A stretch of 27,695 nt of DNA, taken from assembly GCF_006345805.1 (NCBI RefSeq), contig NW_021833393.1, positions 1 to 27,695 of the forward strand, read 5' to 3'. Of the stretch, positions 21,457 to 27,695 are shown in pieces. The stretch is from Octopus sinensis (taxonomy: Eukaryota). Every line of letters starts with the position of its first letter. Position 1 is the first letter of the stretch. The position numbers and the translations under genes were made by a program. The notes under the pieces were generated by a model. The model ran no database searches. It worked only from the letters and a program-made list of their open reading frames with translations, and was not told where the DNA came from.

Positions 21457-21525
21457 ACGTGTAAACACTTACAGAAACACACGCATAGAATTTCGCCTCG
21501 AACCAATTCCGTCGGGCAAGAATTT
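21457..21525 (+). CDS. Weak candidate 69-nt micro-exon
   Basis: ATTTAG| and |GTAAGG boundaries with open frame RVNTYRNTRIEFRLEPIPSGKN. The polypyrimidine tract is poor, and a competing minus-strand donor exists at 21467-21472. Confidence 0.15.
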
Positions 21526-21676
21526 GTAAGGAATCTCACTGAAACTGATCTCCGAGAGAATTTTTAATTTTCGAAGCTCAATGCCGGAAACATTCGCAGT
21601 TGTTTGGGGCTTCTTAGGGGACATTTGTGGAAAAAGACGCAGCGAACTTGGACTAATCATCAATACATACATATAA

Positions 21677-21711
<35 letters not shown>

Positions 21712-21712
21712 T

Positions 21713-21745
<33 letters not shown>

Positions 21746-21947
21746 CATAACATGCATATATTATGTATGTATATACACGTATATATATGTATATATATAT
21801 GTATATATTATATATATATATTTATATCTATATATATATATTATATATATACATATACATGCATATATATGTATGTATATACACGTATATATATGTATAA
21901 TATATATATATATATATATAGTATATATATATATATATGCATATATA

Positions 21948-21980
<33 letters not shown>

Positions 21981-22355
21981 TACATATACGAACTTGACAA
22001 CTAATCATCAATACATACAGACATACATATATATATGTATGTATGTATATATATGTGTATTACACACACACTTGATATTATATATATATATATATAGATT
22101 ATATATATATATATATATTTGCTTTATACGTCATGCTTTTTTCTACCATATGTCATTGTGTGTCAAGGCGTCTCTACTCCGGCTTTCCGCTTGTTATTAT
22201 ATCTTGATTTTTTCGCTGTTAAAACTGTCGCCATTATTTTTCTCTTTTATACGCTCTGTCATGTCAATTCCACATGGCATCGTCCTGTAACATCTTCGAC
22301 CTCTTTGTTAAGCACTTAGTGATTAAGAAGCGATTATTATTATTATTATTATTAT

Positions 22356-22764
22356 TGAGTGAGAAAGAAGTGCATGCCATCAAAGTGACACTGGGGTAAA
22401 ATATACGAAGCCCAGTATACCCATCATGACTACCCGTCTGATAAAGGTACACCAGGCACATGCATCACAACCATATGAGTGCGACATGGTGATCTCATAT
22501 CAAGATAAACAGCGCATGACTTTGCAGGTGGGGCTCAGTTAGAAATTTTTTCAGGTTGAGTAGCCCATCCCGCTCAAAAGGTCCCTGAATAAGGGTTGCT
22601 TTAGGATGTTGAAAGAACCACCCATGTTTCCAGAGGTGAACTATTCAAACCCCAAAGAACCCCTCTCAACACATGGCTATGATGCTCCCCCACTACTTCT
22701 GCTCGTGATCGGAGATGCACATATCGTCAACCACTAAGGGACATGCTCGACTGGTTAAGGTCAA
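22356..22764 (-). mobile_element. Family C repeat, truncated, embedded in (TAA)n
   Basis: Reverse complement of ~1375-1764, with (TTA)n on both sides. Confidence 0.8.
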
Positions 22765-22766
22765 TA

Positions 22767-22812
<46 letters not shown>

Positions 22813-22815
22813 AGC

Positions 22816-23010
22816 AAGGCGGCGAGCTGGCAGAAAAGCTTGGCATTTCGTCCGTCTTTGCGTTCTGATTTCAAATTCTGCCGAGTTCGAATTTGCCTTT
22901 CATCCTTTCGAGATCGATAAATTAAGTACCAGTTACGCAGTGGGGTCGATGTAATCGACTAGACCATCCCTCAAAATGTCAGGCCTTGTCCTTATAGCAG
23001 AAAGTATTAT
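22816..23010 (+). mobile_element. SINE family B monomer (T2 tail)
   Basis: AAGGCGGCGAGCTGGCAG head, central domain and T2 tail. Confidence 0.8.
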
Positions 23011-23023
23011 TAAAAGCAAGCTT

Positions 23024-23228
23024 AAAGCGGCGAGCTGGCAGGATCGTTAGCACGTCGGTCAAAATGCTTACCGACGTTTCGTCCACCTTCGTGTTCCGAG
23101 TTCAAACTCCGCTGAGGTCGACTTTGCCTTTCATCCTTTCGAGGTCGATGAATTAAGTACCAGTTATGCAGTGGGGTCGACTTCTCTCACTAAATTTCAG
23201 ACCTTGTGCCTTTAAAAGAAAGATTAAT
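23024..23228 (+). mobile_element. SINE family B monomer (T2 tail)
   Basis: AAAGCGGCGAGCTGGCAG head, GAGTTCAAACTC B-box, central domain and T2 tail. Confidence 0.8.
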
Positions 23229-23231
23229 GTT

Positions 23232-23597
23232 ATCATGTACATTGTTTTGTCTTGGTATAAAAGATGGGCTACAGCAAATATTCTGCTCAATATCACAGAT
23301 TTGCTTGTTAGTTGTTTGACCGTAACCAGTTGAGCATGTCCCTTAGTGGCTGACGATATGTGCATCTCTGATCATGAGCAGAAGTAGTTGGGGATCATCA
23401 TAGCCATGTGTTGAGAGGGATTCTTTGGGTTTGAATAATTCACCTCTGGAACCCTTATTCAGGGACCTTTTTAGCGGGATGGGTTACTCGACCAGAAGAA
23501 AATTCTAACTGAGCCCCACCTGCAAAGTCATGTGCTGTTTATTTTGATATGAGATCATCTTGTTGCGCACATATGGTTGTGATGCATGTGCCTGGCA
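23232..23597 (+). mobile_element. Family C repeat, internal fragment
   Basis: Matches ~1297-1693 with a short internal deletion. Confidence 0.8.
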
Positions 23598-23910
23598 CTT
23601 TAGACAAGTGTCTCCTACTATAGCCTCGGGCCGACCAAAGCCTTGTGAGTGAATTTGGTAGACGGAAACTGAAAGAAGGCCGTCGTATATGTGTGTTTGT
23701 ATGTGTGTGTGTGTCTGTGTTTGTCACCACCCCCAACATCGCTTGACAACCGATGCTGGTGCGTGTATGTCCTGTAACTTAGCGGTTCGGTGAAAGAGAC
23801 TGATAGAATAAGTGCTAGGCTTACAAAGAAAAGTCCTTGGGTCAATTTGTTCGACTAAAGGCGGTGCTCCAGCATGGCCTCAGTAAAATGACTGAAACAA
23901 CAAAAAAGAA
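23594..23910 (+). mobile_element. SINE family A, 5'-truncated, fused to family C
   Basis: GGCACTTTAGACAAGTGTCTCCTACTATAGCCTCGGG through the tail AAATGACTGAAACAAC. Confidence 0.8.
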
Positions 23911-23930
23911 TAATATGCCTTATACATATA

Positions 23931-25572
23931 CAGTTGCGGGCAAAATGTTCAGAACGGCATTGTTTTCGCCAGAAAAGTAGGTATAAGTTTTTATCAAAGT
24001 TGTTTTAGATTCTATAATTTTCACAGACTATAAATACAATATTATTTGTTATTGTCTGAGGTGTAATTTGTTATTGGTGTAATTTGAGAGGATAATACAA
24101 AAGTTATGGATGATTTAGTGATTTCCTGCAAAACCCACACCGGCCAAAATGATCAGAACTGTTGAAAAAATAACAAAATAATCAAAAATGACAGAGAATA
24201 CTGGAATTATTTAATATTTAGTGTGAAGCCCTTTAGCTTCAATCACACTTTGACATCTTCTACTGCATGAGGAAATTAAATTTTCGATTTCTTGTTAGGT
24301 GATCTTATTCCATTCTTCCTGAAGGCATTCCATAATTGCTCGGTTGTTTTAGGATTTCTGGCTTTCTAACGTTCTCCTAGAATATTCCACACATTTTCAA
24401 TAGGATTGAGATCTGGGCTTTGAGCAGGCCAATCCATAATAATAACCTTTTCAGCCTTGAGAAAGTTCATGACCACCTTAGCCTTGTGACATGGGGCATT
24501 GTCCTGCATGAATATGAGTGGTCGCTTAGTTGAATTTCTCAGCACAGGCAAGGCATGATCTTTTACAAGTTGTTTATAAACTCCTGCATTTACCTTTCCA
24601 TGTAATCGCACCAGAGGGCCCACACCATCTCCAGATATCATCCCCCAAACCATGACACTTCCTCTACCAAATTTAACACTAGTCTTAAGGCATTTAGGCG
24701 ACAATTTTTCACCTACTTTTCAACGAACGTACCTTTTCCCATCTGAGCCAAATAACATAAACTTAGATTCATCACTGAAATGCACTGTTTGCCATTTTTC
24801 TTGAGACCACAACACATGTTCGGTTGCAAAGGTAAGACGACACTTTTTATTTTTGGAGCTGATCAGTGGCTTCACTGCTGGTGATCTTGCTTGTAGGTTA
24901 TGTTCAACTAAACGATGAGACAAGTTTTTCGAGATAACGTTTTCTTCAGTACAATGTTCATTTCCCGAGAAACAGCAGCAGCAGTTTTAATTCTGTCCTT
25001 TTTAACCATCTTTACCATAGCACGATCTTCTCTCGTGGTCGTTTTTCTTGGCCTACCTGTAGACTTTCTTGCTTTACACGAACCACAATCATCGTAGACC
25101 TTAAGAATACTGTGAACAACACTTTTTGACTTGTTAACAATCTTTGCAATAGACCCAATACTTAAATTATCCTTCTTTCGAGGCTTAATAATCTGCTGAC
25201 GAAATGATAACGGAGTAAGTGGCATTATATTAACAAAGTACACTGCAGATATTCTTACTAATGTTTAGTAAACGAACCGTCACGTAAACAAATTCAAAAC
25301 ATTAGAGTTCGCCGGTTAAATATACTAAAAACATGGAGTAAAAGCAACCGTTCTGATCATTTTGGCCGCCATGGGTTTTGCAGTCAGTAAAGTAAATCAC
25401 TAAATCATCCATAACTTGTATTATCTTCAAATTACACCAAAATCTCAGACAATAACAATTTTATCGTATTTATTGTCTGTGAAAATTATAGAATATAAAA
25501 CATCTTAGATAGAAAATTATATCTACTTTTCTGTCAAAAACAATGCCGTTCTAAAAATTTTGGCCGCAACTG
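23931..25572 (-). mobile_element. Full-length Tc1-family DNA transposon with ~230-bp IR/DR termini and TA TSD
   Basis: TA|CAGTTGCGG...CCGCAACTG|TA. The inverted repeats are ~23931-24163 and ~25345-25572, each with outer and inner CGG(C/G)CAAAAT..AGAAC direct repeats. Confidence 0.92.
24211..25225 (-). pseudogene. Tc1 transposase (DD34E), disrupted
   Basis: HTH/GRPRKTT N-terminus; FSDESKF, QDNAPCH and SPDLNPIE (34 residues between D and E); WGMI motif; KGLHTKY* end. Multiple frameshifts and stops. Confidence 0.92.
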
Positions 25573-25584
25573 TATATATTGACA

Positions 25585-25930
25585 CGAGTGCTGAGACCCC
25601 CTTCGGTCATAAATGACCATGGGATTGCACCTAGAATGTTACCCTCTCAGGCACAAGTCCAGGCAAGGTTGTTTATGGAAGACCAGCAGTCGCCAATGCA
25701 TACCGGCCTCCATTCTCCACACCAAGGGATGTTATCCAAGAGAAAGTCAAGGGCCAATACAGCTTGGCACCTGTGACATCGCAACTCATTTCTACAGCTG
25801 AGTGAACTGGAGCAACGTAAATTTAAACTGTTTTGCTGAAGAACACAACCCGCAGCCCGGTCCGGGATTCGAACTCACACCCTAACGATAGTACGCAAGC
25901 TCGACGTTCTAACATCAGAATCATGGGCCT
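25585..25930 (-). mobile_element. tRNA-derived SINE family D (Meta-domain-like)
   Basis: Reverse complement: tRNA-like head with GAGTTCGAATCCC B-box, then TGTGTTCTTCAGCAAAACA...TTGCTCCAGTTCACTCAGCTGTAGAAATGAGT. The domain name is by recalled similarity only. Confidence 0.7.
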
Positions 25931-26007
25931 TAACGTCTGTATAATATGCGTGTGTATGATGTGTGTATGTATATATATTTTTTTTTTTATTTATTTTATT
26001 TATATAT

Positions 26008-26200
26008 TAGAAGGAGCTTCACAGGACTAGAACTGTTTCATTCAAGAGAAATCTTCAGGAGCTAGTTAACCAAGCATGATTGGCATGTTTTTACATTAGG
26101 CAGGTTTAAAGGGGTGGTGGTGGGGGACTTTTTGGTAGGGCGGAGCATAGCGCAAAATATCATACTTGGGAGTGGTCAAGGAGTCAAGTGGGTACTTAAA
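26008..26200 (-). mobile_element. Putative PLE 3'-end fragment (family P4) next to (TA)n
   Basis: Non-repetitive ~190 bp between TA/T-rich tracts, ending just after an HHR-like fold. Confidence 0.45.
26015..26063 (-). ncRNA. Decayed type-I hammerhead ribozyme-like motif
   Basis: AGCUC-CUGAAGA-UUUC(UCUU)GAAU-GAA-ACAG(UUCUAGUC)CUGU-GAAGCU. Core and stem III are intact; the cleavage-site nucleotide appears deleted and stem I is bulged. Confidence 0.5.
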
Positions 26201-27075
26201 TTAAAAAAAAAAATATATATATAAAAAAATATATATAAAAAGAATAGAGGTTAGAGTAAATAAGGAGATTCTCACTTATACCTATACACATATGTATACA
26301 TATATACACCACATACATACATATATACATACAAACATACATACACACACACACATATACATATATATACACATACGCATACATATACATATCTACACAT
26401 ACACATATACATATATAATACACTCGCTCACATGCATACACGTATACACACATGTATATATACACACGACCACACATAAATATACACACAGAAAAAAATA
26501 TAATACATACACACACATACACATACACGCATACACACACCTATCCACATACACACATGCACACACAAACACACTAGTCCCTATATACACATATATACCC
26601 TACACACACATATATATACATACACATACATATACATACATATAGATATATATATATATATATATTACATATGTGTACCTATGCATACCTACACATACAC
26701 ACATATATAATAATACAAATACAGACCCATTCCCTAATTTTAATTTTATTATCTTCATTTATTACTTTTGTTATCTTTGACCTTGGGTCCCAAGCATCTT
26801 GGCTATGACAGAGCAAGTCCGTTTATCTGTCTACTTGAAAACAAGCAATCATTTCACGCACGCACACTCATTAGCACGTACACTCACTCATTCGTACACT
26901 CATACACATACACGCACGCACGCGTTATATTCATACATACATACATCTACATACATTCACGTATATACACTACGTACGCGTACCTACGATTCATGTATAC
27001 ACTCTTAGAAGGCTAGTCTATACATATACACAATAAATATATATAACACACACATACATATACACCTACATACAA

Positions 27076-27106
<31 letters not shown>

Positions 27107-27653
27107 CATATATATACACATATACACAACATATATAGATATACATACATATTATATACACATATGTATATACACACATACACATACATACATATACACA
27201 CATACACATACATACGTATACATACATACATACATCCATACATCCATACATACATACATTATACACATACACACCCATTTATATATATATACATACATAT
27301 CATACACTACATATACAAATATTCTCACACACATACATACATACACATATACACATAACGCACATACACATGTACATGCGTACCCAACACACACACGCGC
27401 GCATCCATATATACACATAAGTACACACATGCGTAAAAGTATACATATATCTATGTTACAATACACACACACACACGCGCCTCCTTATATTCATACTTAC
27501 ATGCATACTCAAAAAATAAGTAAAATAAGATATATATACGCGCAGTTATTCATACATGCATACTCAAAAAATAAATAATAAATATTAAGTATATGTACGT
27601 GCAGTTAACCCATTATATAGACGGATACATACATATCAACTTACACACACATA

Positions 27654-27692
<39 letters not shown>

Positions 27693-27695
27693 TAC
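26200..27695. repeat. (TA)/(CA)/(TACA) low-complexity tract
   Basis: Directly visible; explains the Y/I/H/T/C/V ORFs. Similar tracts occur at 16000-16990 and 20360-22120. Confidence 0.9.

Overview
AT-rich, repeat-dense eukaryotic genomic DNA. The SINE families and microsatellite landscape look like an octopus genome; this rests on my recognition of the repeats, not on a search. I see no intact protein-coding gene, and almost all ORFs in the six-frame track are microsatellite artefacts. The central feature is a decayed Penelope-like retroelement (PLE) encoding RT plus a C-terminal GIY-YIG endonuclease (13367-15454). It has a CxCx5C linker motif and is probably of the (TA)n-targeting Hydra clade. 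Around it, several short (TA)n-flanked fragments carry type-I hammerhead ribozyme (HHR) folds of at least four different sequence families: 12822+, 17613+, 18324-, 26015-, plus a truncated copy at 20223+. One family has a non-canonical core (A6 replaced by U) and a loop-less palindromic stem III. One HHR lies at the centre of an ~820-bp inverted duplication. Also present are a full-length decayed DD34E IR/DR Tc1 transposon, a 5'-truncated R4/Dong-like LINE 3' end, a (TAA)n-targeted non-coding ~535-bp repeat, three tRNA-derived SINE families (one inserting as TSD-flanked multimers), a Lep1-like non-autonomous Helitron, degenerate minisatellites and a few weak candidate micro-exons.
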